A stretch of 64,000 bases of DNA from an uncultured Enterobacteriaceae bacterium. GTDB lineage: Bacteria; Pseudomonadota; Gammaproteobacteria; Burkholderiales; SG8-39. Below the pieces are notes generated by a model. The model saw nothing but the letters and a program-made list of their open reading frames with translations, searched no databases and was not told the DNA's origin. Position numbers and translations under genes: made by a program. How positions within the stretch are numbered: the stretch's first letter is position 1; each line of letters starts with the position of its first letter. The stretch lies in contig CAZVZV010000042.1 in NCBI GenBank assembly GCA_964631735.1, positions 20,321 through 84,320 of the forward strand. The letters are read 5' to 3'. This document shows, in pieces, positions 1 to 8,289 of this stretch.

Positions 1-82
1 CTTGAGCGCGCTGCGCCTGGAAGACCGGGCCCTGTTTCAGGTACCCTGCCACGGCTATCAGCCGGTGGGAGGAGACCGATGA
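1..82 (+). CDS. 3' end of an unidentified upstream gene (partial)
   Basis: Frame 2 is open from the window edge to TGA at 80-82 (...LSALRLEDRALFQVPCHGYQPVGGDR*). The stop overlaps the next ATG (ATGA). Too short to name. Confidence 0.3.
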   Translation, partial: LSALRLEDRALFQVPCHGYQPVGGDR

Positions 83-492
83 TCGACTGCGTCTTCTGCA
101 AGATCGTGGCGAAACAGATTCCGGCGACGGTGGTGCTCGAGGACGAGGCCACGCTTGCATTCATGGACATCGGGCAGGTGAATCCCGGTCACGTGCTGGT
201 CGCCTGCAAGGCGCACGTCGAGAACGTGTACGGTCTCGAAGACGCGCAAGCCGCGGCGGCGTTCCGTTCGGCGGCCCGCGTGGCGCGCGCGATCCGCGCG
301 GCCTTCAATCCGCCCGGCCTGTCGATCTACCAGGCGAATGGCATGCCCGCCGGGCAGACGGTGTTGCATTTTCATCTGCATCTGCTGCCGCGACACGACG
401 CCGACGGCATGCAGCTCGTCTGGCCGGTGAAAAATCCGCCGCGCGAGAAACTCGAAGAATACGCCGCGCAGATCCGCGCGCAGCTAGCCTAG
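79..492 (+). CDS. HIT (histidine triad) family protein
   Basis: 137 aa. N-terminal CVFCKI and C-terminal histidine triad HFHLHLLPR are typical of the HIT/HinT family. Confidence 0.9.
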   Translation: MIDCVFCKIVAKQIPATVVLEDEATLAFMDIGQVNPGHVLVACKAHVENVYGLEDAQAAAAFRSAARVARAIRAAFNPPGLSIYQANGMPAGQTVLHFHLHLLPRHDADGMQLVWPVKNPPREKLEEYAAQIRAQLA

Positions 493-1427
493 CCCCACGG
501 CGAGTAGCCGAACGCCTGCTTGAAGTGCGCTTCCACCGTGGCGCGGTCGGCGCGATGGTTCTGCGCGCCTCGTTTGGCGATCTTGATCGCGCCGAGCACC
601 GCACCCAGGCGCCCGGTGTTCGCCCAGTCCCAGCCGTTGGCGATGCCGTACAGCAGGCCAGCGCGGTAGGCGTCGCCGCAGCCGGTCGGGTCGGCCACGT
701 TGTCGGCTGGCGCGCAGGGAATGTCTTGCGCCTTGCCCCCGGCGAAGATGCGCGAGCCCTGAGCGCCGAGCGTGACGATCAGCGCCTTCACTTCGCGCGC
801 CAGCTCCTCCAATTTGCGGCCCGTCTTCTGCTCCAGCAGCTTGCCCTCGTAGTCGTTCACCGCGACGTAGTCGGCAAGTCGCACGAACTCCGACAGCTCC
901 GCGCCCGAGAACATCGGCAGGCCCTGCCCCGGATCGAACACGAAGGGAATGCCGGCAGCGACGCACTCGCGCGCGTGCTGCAGCATGCCTTCCTTGCCGT
1001 CGGGAGCAATGATCGCCAGCCCCGCGCCGAGGGCGCGCTCGACGTGGTTTTCGTGCGCGTGGTTCATCGCACCGGGATGGAAGGCGGTGATCTGGTTGTC
1101 GTCCAGATCCGTGGTGATGAACGCCTGCGCCGTGAATTGCCCGGGGATCTTCTTCAGCTGCGCCGCATCGATGCCCAGGCGCTGCAGGCGGTAAAGGTAG
1201 GGATCGATGTCCTCGCCGACGGTGGCCATCACCAGCGGGTCGCCGCCCAGCTGTTTGAGGTTGTAGGAGATGTTGCCGGAGGTGCCGCCGAACTCCCGCC
1301 GCATCTCCGGGGTGAGGAAGCACACGTTGAGAATGTGCAGCTGGTCGGGCAGCAGGTGGTTCTTGAAACGGTCCGGGAACACCATGATGGTGTCGTAGGC
1401 GATCGAGCCGGTAATCAGCGTTTTCAT
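489..1427 (-). CDS. PfkB-family carbohydrate/nucleoside kinase
   Basis: 312 aa. N-terminal MKTLITGSIAYD and C-terminal DPTGCGDAYRAG (PfkB signature 2-like). ATG start, abuts the next gene. Confidence 0.85.
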   Translation of the reverse strand: MKTLITGSIAYDTIMVFPDRFKNHLLPDQLHILNVCFLTPEMRREFGGTSGNISYNLKQLGGDPLVMATVGEDIDPYLYRLQRLGIDAAQLKKIPGQFTAQAFITTDLDDNQITAFHPGAMNHAHENHVERALGAGLAIIAPDGKEGMLQHARECVAAGIPFVFDPGQGLPMFSGAELSEFVRLADYVAVNDYEGKLLEQKTGRKLEELAREVKALIVTLGAQGSRIFAGGKAQDIPCAPADNVADPTGCGDAYRAGLLYGIANGWDWANTGRLGAVLGAIKIAKRGAQNHRADRATVEAHFKQAFGYSPWG

Positions 1428-2159
1428 TCAGGAAGGATAGAACAGATAGAGCCGGTAGCCCGTGGCGCGCACACCGCCGGTGTCGAAATGCACGCGCAGC
1501 ACCGCCTCGGCGCCAGGACCGATGCCCTGCACCAGCTGCTGCTGCGCGGCCGCCTGCAGGTACTCAGTCGGGCGCAGCACGCGCCGCACCAGCGCCTTGT
1601 CTGTGGCATCGGTCAGCGTGAGCTCGAGCGCCGGGTGCTCCTGCGCGAACGGCGCGCGGTTGCGGATCACCGCATTCAGCACGATCAAGCCGTCGCGCCG
1701 GTTGTCGGCTTGCAGGTCGGAAGACTCGATGCTGAGCAGGTCCGGGCGGCGAGGCAGGCGCAGCTCGCAGTCGAGCACCCGGCAGCCCTGCGCGAGGAAC
1801 GGGCGGGTCTGCGGCAGCAGCGTGGCGATCTCGGTGCGGTAGTAGTGGACCAGTTGCCCCAGGAGCGCGGCCAGCGCGACGAGCGCGGCGAGAGCCCAGG
1901 CGACGCCAAAGCGGGCGCGCGGCGCCTCTTCTTCGAGGAATTCGGGCAACGGCTCGTCGTCCGGACGCGGTGCGGCGCTGCGCTCCGGCGAGGGCCGCGG
2001 CGGGCCGGTCGCTGCGGCCTGCGCGATCAGCTGCGCGACCCCGTCGAACACCGCGGCGCACTGGCCGCAGCGGACCATGCCGCCGCGCGCCGCGAGTTGC
2101 GACTGCAGCGCGCGGAATGTGGTGCCGCAGTGCGGGCAGCGGGTGACCAGCGTGCTCAC
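1428..2159 (-). CDS. Zinc-ribbon (MJ0042-type) / DUF3426-like membrane protein
   Basis: 243 aa. N-terminal CPHCGTTF...RCGQCAAVF zinc ribbon, a central hydrophobic helix (WALAALVALAALLGQLV), and a C-terminal beta-rich domain. Confidence 0.75.
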   Translation of the reverse strand: MSTLVTRCPHCGTTFRALQSQLAARGGMVRCGQCAAVFDGVAQLIAQAAATGPPRPSPERSAAPRPDDEPLPEFLEEEAPRARFGVAWALAALVALAALLGQLVHYYRTEIATLLPQTRPFLAQGCRVLDCELRLPRRPDLLSIESSDLQADNRRDGLIVLNAVIRNRAPFAQEHPALELTLTDATDKALVRRVLRPTEYLQAAAQQQLVQGIGPGAEAVLRVHFDTGGVRATGYRLYLFYPS

Positions 2160-2980
2160 CGCCGCCGCCCCTCGATCAGATCCCAGCCCTCCTCCGTCGC
2201 CACGATGCGCGCGTCAAAATCGCCTGCGTAGGCCGCCACCACCTGCACCGATTGTGTGTCGAGGATACCGGCGAGCGCGACGCGCCCGCCGCGGCGGGTG
2301 CGCGCGGCGAGCAACGGTTCGAGCAGGATCAGGGGCTGGGACAGGATATTGGCCACCACCACGTCGTAGTCGCCGGGCGGCAGTTGCTCCGGCGGGAGCG
2401 CGCGCAATGCGACGCCATTGGTACGCGCATTTGCCATCGTTGCCGCCAACGCCAGCGGATCCACGTCGACGGCGTCGACGCGCGTGGCGCCGAGCTTGGC
2501 GGCGGTGATTGCCAATATACCGGAACCGCAGCCGTAATCGAGCAGGCTCACGCCCGGCGCCAGGCTGCGCTCGAGCCAGCCCAGCACGAGACGCGTACTG
2601 GCGTGGCTGCCGGTGCCGAAGGCCATGCCCGGATCGAGGCGCAGCACGATGCCGTGCGCCGGCGGCTGGTGCCAGCTCGGCACGATCCACAGCCGGTCGG
2701 CGATACAGATCGGCGCGAACTGCGCCTGCGTTTCGCGCACCCAATCCTGGTCGGCGACGGCTTGCAGGGTGAAACTCGGCGGACTGGTCCCAGCCTGTGC
2801 GGCGGCGCGGCCGAGCAACGCCGCCGGATCGGCATCCTGCGCCAGCAGCGCGTGCAGCCGCTGGCGCGGCCGCTCCGGCTCCTCGATCCACACTGAATGC
2901 GCGCCCTGCTCCATCAGCGCTTCGCTCAGCGCCTCGGCCAGCGCCGCCTCGACCTCCAGGGTAAGCCCGGTCCAGGGCAC
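2156..2980 (-). CDS. prmA: Ribosomal protein L11 methyltransferase
   Basis: C-terminal 275 codons of the 773-aa track ORF. Contains DPGMAFGTGSH and LDYGCGSGILAI SAM motifs. The GTG start at 2980 overlaps the accC TAG by 1 nt. The upstream part of the track ORF is an out-of-frame shadow over accC. Confidence 0.9.
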   Translation of the reverse strand: MPWTGLTLEVEAALAEALSEALMEQGAHSVWIEEPERPRQRLHALLAQDADPAALLGRAAAQAGTSPPSFTLQAVADQDWVRETQAQFAPICIADRLWIVPSWHQPPAHGIVLRLDPGMAFGTGSHASTRLVLGWLERSLAPGVSLLDYGCGSGILAITAAKLGATRVDAVDVDPLALAATMANARTNGVALRALPPEQLPPGDYDVVVANILSQPLILLEPLLAARTRRGGRVALAGILDTQSVQVVAAYAGDFDARIVATEEGWDLIEGRRR

Positions 2981-4341
2981 TACTTGACCTTCTGCTTGCT
3001 CTCCTGCGCCAGCTTCTGCTCGAGGTAATGGATCGAGGTGCCGCCGCGCAGGAAGCGGCTGTCGTGCAGCAGCTCGCGGTGCAGCGGGATGTTGTTGGCA
3101 ATGCCCTCGAGCACCATTTCCGAGAGTGCGATGCGCATGCGCCGGATCGCCTGGTCGCGCGTCGCACCGTAGGCGATCAGCTTGCCGACCATCGAGTCGT
3201 AATTGGGCGGCACCGTGTAGCCGGCGTAGATGTGCGTGTCGACGCGGATGCCGGGTCCGCCCGGCGGGTGATACGAGGTGATGCGGCCCGGTGAGGGCGT
3301 GAACCGGTACGGGTCCTCCGCGTTGATGCGGCACTCGATGGCGTGGCCGCGCACCACGATGTCTTTCTGCCGGAAGCGCAGCTTTTCTCCCGCCGCGATG
3401 CGGATCTGCTCCTGCACCAGGTCCACCCCGGTGACCATCTCGGTCACCGGGTGCTCGACCTGGATACGCGTGTTCATCTCGATGAAGTAGAACTCGCCCT
3501 CCTCGTACAGGAATTCGAAGGTGCCGGCGCCGCGGTAGCCGATCTTGCGGCAGGCGTCGGCGCAGCGCTCGCCGATCTTCTCGCGCTGCTTCTCGGTCAG
3601 CTCCGTGGCCGGCGCCTCTTCGATAATCTTCTGGTGGCGCCGCTGCATCGAGCAGTCGCGCTCGCCCAGGTAGATGGCGTTCTTGTGGCTGTCGGCAAGC
3701 ACCTGGATCTCGATGTGGCGCGGGTTCTCCAGAAATTTTTCCATGTATACCGTGGCGTTGCCGAAGGCTGCGTGCGCCTCGCCGCGGGTCATGTTGACGG
3801 CATTGAGCAGCGCCGCCTCGGTATGCACCACCCGCATGCCGCGCCCGCCGCCGCCGCCGGCGGCCTTGATGATCACCGGGTAGGAGACCTTGCGCGCGAT
3901 GCGCACGATCTCCTTGGCATCCTCGGGCAGCGCTCCCTCCGAGCCGGGTACGCAGGGCACCCCGGCCTTGAGCATGGCCTGCTTGGCGCTCACCTTGTCG
4001 CCCATCATGCGGATGTTCTCGGGGCGCGGGCCGATGAACACGAAACCCGAGCGCTCGACGCGTTCGGCGAAATCGGCGTTCTCTGACAGGAAGCCGTAGC
4101 CGGGGTGGATCGCCTCGGCGTCGGTGACTTCCGCGGCGCTGATGATGGCTGCCATGTTCAGGTAGCTGTCGCGCGCCGGCGCCGGGCCGATGCAAACCGA
4201 TTCGTCGGCCAGCTTCACGTACTTGGCCTCGGCGTCGACCGTCGAGTGCACGACCACGGTGCGGATGCCCATCTCGCGGCAGGCGCGCTGGATGCGCAGC
4301 GCGATCTCTCCGCGGTTGGCAATGAGGATCTTCTCGAACAC
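2980..4341 (-). CDS. accC: Acetyl-CoA carboxylase biotin carboxylase subunit
   Basis: 453 aa. [18 protein letters not shown]-terminus and the ATP-grasp motifs [10 protein letters not shown] and [14 protein letters not shown]. Confidence 0.97.
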   Translation of the reverse strand: MFEKILIANRGEIALRIQRACREMGIRTVVVHSTVDAEAKYVKLADESVCIGPAPARDSYLNMAAIISAAEVTDAEAIHPGYGFLSENADFAERVERSGFVFIGPRPENIRMMGDKVSAKQAMLKAGVPCVPGSEGALPEDAKEIVRIARKVSYPVIIKAAGGGGGRGMRVVHTEAALLNAVNMTRGEAHAAFGNATVYMEKFLENPRHIEIQVLADSHKNAIYLGERDCSMQRRHQKIIEEAPATELTEKQREKIGERCADACRKIGYRGAGTFEFLYEEGEFYFIEMNTRIQVEHPVTEMVTGVDLVQEQIRIAAGEKLRFRQKDIVVRGHAIECRINAEDPYRFTPSPGRITSYHPPGGPGIRVDTHIYAGYTVPPNYDSMVGKLIAYGATRDQAIRRMRIALSEMVLEGIANNIPLHRELLHDSRFLRGGTSIHYLEQKLAQESKQKVK

Positions 4342-4350
4342 CGGCGGGTG

Positions 4351-4803
4351 CTACTCGATGATGAACAGCGGCTGGCCGTACTCCACCGGCTGGCCGCTCT
4401 CCACCAGGATCGCCTTGATCATGCCGGTGGCGTCGGCTTCGATCTCGTTCATCAGCTTCATCGCTTCGATGATGCACACTGTCTCGCCGGCCTTGACGTT
4501 CTGGCCGACCTCGACGAAGGGCTTGGCTTCCGGCGAAGCCGAGCGGTAAAACGTGCCGACCATCGGCGCCTTGAGCGCGTGGCCGGGCTGGGCTGGTTCC
4601 TCGGCCGCTGCGGCCAGCGCCACTGGCGCCGGGGCAGTGGCCGTCGCGGCGGAGCTTGGCGCCGGGGCGGGGGCGGGGGTGACCGGCGTCACCGTCGCCT
4701 CCCCGCCTTTCACGATCTTCACCTTCTCCTCGCCCTCGGTGATCTCGAGTTCAGCGATGCCGGACACCTGCACGAGGTCGATCAGCTTCTTCAGCTTGCG
4801 CAA
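4351..4803 (-). CDS. accB: Acetyl-CoA carboxylase biotin carboxyl carrier protein (full length, TTG start)
   Basis: 150 aa. Ala/Pro linker and the biotinyl domain MVGTFYRS...[14 protein letters not shown]. The only in-frame start is TTG at 4803, because the expected ATG is AGG here. Confidence 0.92.
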   Translation of the reverse strand: MRKLKKLIDLVQVSGIAELEITEGEEKVKIVKGGEATVTPVTPAPAPAPSSAATATAPAPVALAAAAEEPAQPGHALKAPMVGTFYRSASPEAKPFVEVGQNVKAGETVCIIEAMKLMNEIEADATGMIKAILVESGQPVEYGQPLFIIE

Positions 4804-4829
4804 ATCCCTGGTTTTCCTCTCCCGGCGGG
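4721..4829. repeat. Direct repeat copy A (accB 5' end plus RBS region)
   Basis: 109 bp. Identical at 104 of 109 positions to 4927-5035 by hand alignment. Period 206 bp. Confidence 0.9.
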
Positions 4830-5015
4830 TAGGGGGGAGGGGGCAGCAGGCCCCACCGCCGGCGGGGCAAAGACTTGCGTCACCGCCGCCGCCTGCGCCC
4901 CGGCGGTCACGCCGCGGCTGATGCGCACCTTTTCTTCGCCCTCGGTGATCTCGAGTTCAGCGATGCCGGACACCTGCACGAGGTCGATCAACTTCTTCAG
5001 CTTGCGCAGATCCAT
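4791..5015 (-). pseudogene. Truncated accB paralogue/remnant (BCCP N-terminal region only)
   Basis: 74-aa ORF: [36 protein letters not shown] plus an Ala/Pro linker. It then runs out of frame into repeat copy A and stops, so it has no biotinyl domain. Confidence 0.6.
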
Positions 5016-5035
5016 GGTTTTCCTCTCCCGGCGGG
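4927..5035. repeat. Direct repeat copy B (accB 5' end plus RBS region)
   Basis: 109 bp, 5 mismatches to copy A. Retains the ATG (plus-strand cat at 5013-5015) preceded by GGAGAGG. Confidence 0.9.
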
Positions 5036-5064
5036 CAAGGCTGCCCGCCACGCGGCGGTCGGCG

Positions 5065-5547
5065 CTAGGCCCCGCCGCTCCCCTTGGCCTTGAGGCGCCC
5101 CAGCGCATAGTCGAGCGCGAGGTCATAGCCCCGGCTGCCCAGCCCGAGGATCGAGCCGACCGCCACGGCGGTGAAATGCGAATGCGCGCGCCACGGCTCG
5201 CGCGCATGGATATTCGACAGGTGCACCTCGACGAAGGGGATCTGCACCGCCGTCAGCGCGTCGCGCAGCGCAATGCTCGAATAGGTGAAGGCGGCTGGGT
5301 TGAGGATGATGAATCCGACGCCGTCGCGCTTGGCCTGTTGTACCCGGTCAACCGCCACTCCTTCATGATTGGTCTGCAGGCAATCGAGCCGGGCACCGGC
5401 GGCCTTGGCCTTGGCGGCGAGCCGCCGCTCGATCATCGGCAGCGTGTCGCGGCCATACAGGTGCGGTTCCCGGGTACCGAGCAGGTTCAGGTTCGGCCCA
5501 TTCAGCAGCAGGATCCACGGAGTTGCTGACTTTTTGGATTTAGCCAT
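5065..5547 (-). CDS. aroQ: Type II 3-dehydroquinate dehydratase
   Basis: 160 aa. ILLLNGPNLNLLGTREPHLYG and HLSNIHAREPWR motifs. Confidence 0.95.
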   Translation of the reverse strand: MAKSKKSATPWILLLNGPNLNLLGTREPHLYGRDTLPMIERRLAAKAKAAGARLDCLQTNHEGVAVDRVQQAKRDGVGFIILNPAAFTYSSIALRDALTAVQIPFVEVHLSNIHAREPWRAHSHFTAVAVGSILGLGSRGYDLALDYALGRLKAKGSGGA

Positions 5548-5707
5548 TTTTCACCGAAGAAGGCTGCAATATAGCCGAAATTGCCCGACGATGACCCGTC
5601 ACACCCTTGGCTTCGGGCAACCCTGATCCAATTGTCCGATCCAGTCCCTGGACTGGCGAAGAACTGAATCCTTCCATCCTGCGAATTTTAAGAGAACTTA
5701 GCGACAT

Positions 5708-6340
5708 TTAACCACTCTTTCCCAGCATTTGACCGACTTCAACGATGCCCGCTCGGTCCATGACCCGCCCCGCAAGGGAGGTTTTCAGCGCCACGCGCTC
5801 GTCGCGAGGGTCGAACACAGAAAGGCGCAAGGGGGTATCGAGCCACTCGAGCTTGTACACGCTCACGGCGCGGGCCCGGTCGCCCGAGTAGCGTCGCCCC
5901 TCGGCTGTATCGAAGGCGATGTTGCGCTCCAGCAGGAACAGCTCGACGTCCTTGGGACTGTCCGGATAGAGCTGCAGGTCGACCTCCGCGTAGGGTCCGG
6001 CGATCCCTTTCAGCACCGGCCCGGTGAGGTAAGGGCTGAATCGCTCGAGCGCCCGCATGGCGTCGAGCGCCACCCGGCGCAGTTCGGCGATGCGTTCGGG
6101 ATGCTCGTCGGCCTGGTACAAAGCGCGATAGGCGCGCAGTTCGGCTTCGATTTCGTCGTTGGTGGGGAGCGACTCGGTATCGGCAGCGCCCAGCTGGCGC
6201 GCCGCCTTGCGTTTGGCAAGGGCGAAGTTGTCGATGCCATCCTCGGCCATCAGGCGCGCCGCCGCCGCGGCGATCCGCGAGCGCATGCCGTCATGCCGCG
6301 AAGAAGCCCGGCGGCTCATAGCGGGCGCATGATAGCGCAC
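5708..6340 (-). CDS. Conserved hypothetical protein
   Basis: 210-aa ORF divergent from mpl. The codon pattern looks coding. Start is ambiguous (GTG 6340 or ATG 6319). I recognise no family. Confidence 0.55.
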   Translation of the reverse strand: MRYHAPAMSRRASSRHDGMRSRIAAAAARLMAEDGIDNFALAKRKAARQLGAADTESLPTNDEIEAELRAYRALYQADEHPERIAELRRVALDAMRALERFSPYLTGPVLKGIAGPYAEVDLQLYPDSPKDVELFLLERNIAFDTAEGRRYSGDRARAVSVYKLEWLDTPLRLSVFDPRDERVALKTSLAGRVMDRAGIVEVGQMLGKSG

Positions 6341-6381
6341 CAGGCCGCGGGGCCATCGCGTAGAATCGCCGCCCTTTCGAC

Positions 6382-7728
6382 ATGGCCGCCCACCTGCATG
6401 TCCTTGGAATCTGCGGCACCTTCATGGGTGGCCTTGCGGCGATCGCACGCCAGGCGGGCTTCCGTGTGACCGGCTGTGACGCCAGCGCCTATCCACCGAT
6501 GAGCGATCAACTGGAGGCGCTCGGCATCGATTTGGTCGAAGGCTACGGCGCGGAACAGCTCTCCCTGCGGCCGGATGTGTGGGTGGTCGGCAACGTGGTA
6601 GCGCGCGGCAATCCGCTGATGGAGGCGATTCTGGACGCCGGCGACCGGTACATCTCGGGGCCGCAATGGCTCGCCGAGCATGTGCTCCATGGCCGACACG
6701 TACTTGCGGTGGCGGGGACCCACGGCAAGACCAGCACTGCCGCAATGCTCGCCTGGATCCTGGATCACGCCGGCCGCAAACCCGGGTTCCTGATCGGCGG
6801 GCTGCCTGGCAACTTTGGCATCTCTGCGCGCTTGGGGGATGGGTCCTTGTTCGTAATCGAGGCGGACGAGTACGACACCGCCTTCTTCGATAAGCGCTCC
6901 AAGTTTGTGCATTACCCCGCCAAGACCGCGATTTTGAATAATCTGGAGTTCGATCATGCTGACATCTTCTGCGATCTTGCAGACATTGAGCGGCAATTTC
7001 ATCATTTTGTCAGGGTCATACCTAGCAATGGGTGCCTTGTGGTCAATGGAAGAGATGAAGCCCTGAAGCGAGTGCTTACAAAGGGTTGCTGGACTTCGGT
7101 TGAGCACTTTGGTGTGGAGATGGGTTGGCAGGCTGACTCGGCCGATGGCGGATTCGAAGTACTACTGGAAGGTCGGGCGCTCGGCCGGGTGCGCTGGACT
7201 CTCACGGGGGAATACAACCAGCTGAATGCGCTGGCTGCGATCGCGGCTGCGCGTCATGCCGGGGTAGAGCCGGCGGCAGCGATTGCGGCACTTGCGCAGT
7301 TCAAGGGGGTACGCCGCCGCATGGAGCAAAGTGGGGAGGCCGCTGGCGTCACGGTGTTCGACGATTTCGCCCACCACCCCACTGCCATCCGCGTCACGCT
7401 CGAGGGGCTGCGGGCGCAGGCTGGAACCGCGCGCATCCTTGTGGTCCTCGAGCCGCGCTCCAATACGATGAAGCAGGGTGTGATGAAGGACCGGTTGCCT
7501 GCGAGTCTGGCCGCCGCTGACCGGGTGTTTGTCTACAGCGCCGGGTTGGCCTGGGACGCGGCCGCGGTGTTGCGGCCGCTGGGGGAGCGGGCGATTTGCT
7601 TCGAGCAGTTCGATCCGATGGTGGCGGCGATCGCCGCTGAAGCACGCCCGGGTGACCAGATTCTGGTGATGTCCAACGGGGGCTTCGGCGGCATCCACGC
7701 CAAATTACTTCGGGCGCTCGGCCGATGA
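6382..7728 (+). CDS. mpl: UDP-N-acetylmuramate:L-alanyl-gamma-D-glutamyl-meso-diaminopimelate ligase
   Basis: 448 aa. HLHVLGICGTFMGGLA N-terminus, the Mur ligase P-loop GTHGKTST, and NNLEFDHADIF. Confidence 0.93.
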   Translation: MAAHLHVLGICGTFMGGLAAIARQAGFRVTGCDASAYPPMSDQLEALGIDLVEGYGAEQLSLRPDVWVVGNVVARGNPLMEAILDAGDRYISGPQWLAEHVLHGRHVLAVAGTHGKTSTAAMLAWILDHAGRKPGFLIGGLPGNFGISARLGDGSLFVIEADEYDTAFFDKRSKFVHYPAKTAILNNLEFDHADIFCDLADIERQFHHFVRVIPSNGCLVVNGRDEALKRVLTKGCWTSVEHFGVEMGWQADSADGGFEVLLEGRALGRVRWTLTGEYNQLNALAAIAAARHAGVEPAAAIAALAQFKGVRRRMEQSGEAAGVTVFDDFAHHPTAIRVTLEGLRAQAGTARILVVLEPRSNTMKQGVMKDRLPASLAAADRVFVYSAGLAWDAAAVLRPLGERAICFEQFDPMVAAIAAEARPGDQILVMSNGGFGGIHAKLLRALGR

Positions 7729-8288
7729 TCGCCTACCTGCACGGTTTCAACTCCTCGCCGGCGTCCCACAAGGCGCAGCTGCTTGGCCGGTACATGCAGG
7801 AGCAGGGACTTGGCGTGCACTACGCCTGCCCGGTGCTTCCGCCGCTGCCGGGCGACGCGATCGCGGCGGTCGAAGCGCTGATGGCGCGCCTCCCGGGCAC
7901 GCCGTTTTGCTTCGTCGGTTCCTCGCTCGGCGGCTTTTACGCCACGCACCTTGCGGAAAAGCACGGCAGCAAGGCCGTGCTGATCAACCCGGCCATCGAC
8001 CCGCATGTCGGCCTGCGCACCTACCTCGGCGAGCAGAAAAATCTGCACACCGGCGAGCCCTACCATCTGACCGAGGCCCATCTGCGCGAGTGGCAAGACC
8101 TCTGGACCTCGCGCGTTACTCCGTCCCGCTATCTGCTGATCGTCGAGACTGGCGACGAAGTGCTGGACTACCGCAGGGCGGTCGAACGCTATGCCGGTGC
8201 GGCCAAGCTGGTGATCGAGGGCGGCGACCACTCGCTGCAGTCCTTCCCGCAGCACCTGGCGCGCATCCTCGAGTTCGCGGTGGCCTGA
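7725..8288 (+). CDS. YqiA/YcfP-family esterase (UPF0227)
   Basis: 187 aa. MIAYLHGFNSSP and the GSSLGG nucleophile elbow. Confidence 0.8.
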   Translation: MIAYLHGFNSSPASHKAQLLGRYMQEQGLGVHYACPVLPPLPGDAIAAVEALMARLPGTPFCFVGSSLGGFYATHLAEKHGSKAVLINPAIDPHVGLRTYLGEQKNLHTGEPYHLTEAHLREWQDLWTSRVTPSRYLLIVETGDEVLDYRRAVERYAGAAKLVIEGGDHSLQSFPQHLARILEFAVA

Positions 8289-8289
8289 G

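Noticed and set aside
525-2231. 568-aa plus-strand ORF
   Set aside because: It runs antisense to the PfkB kinase and zinc-ribbon genes, has Arg/Ala/Gly-rich low-complexity composition and no motifs. This is a typical high-GC shadow ORF.
2981-4477. Upstream two-thirds of the 773-aa minus-strand ORF (2156-4477)
   Set aside because: It is out of frame over accC/accB and Arg/Pro/Gly-rich. Only 2156-2980 matches PrmA, with a GTG start coupled to the accC stop.
4829-4850. G-run GGGTAGGGGGGAGGGGG as a potential G-quadruplex between the accB repeats
   Set aside because: It is a single short run in a 70% GC genome. It lies within the linker-coding part of the accB remnant and nothing suggests function.
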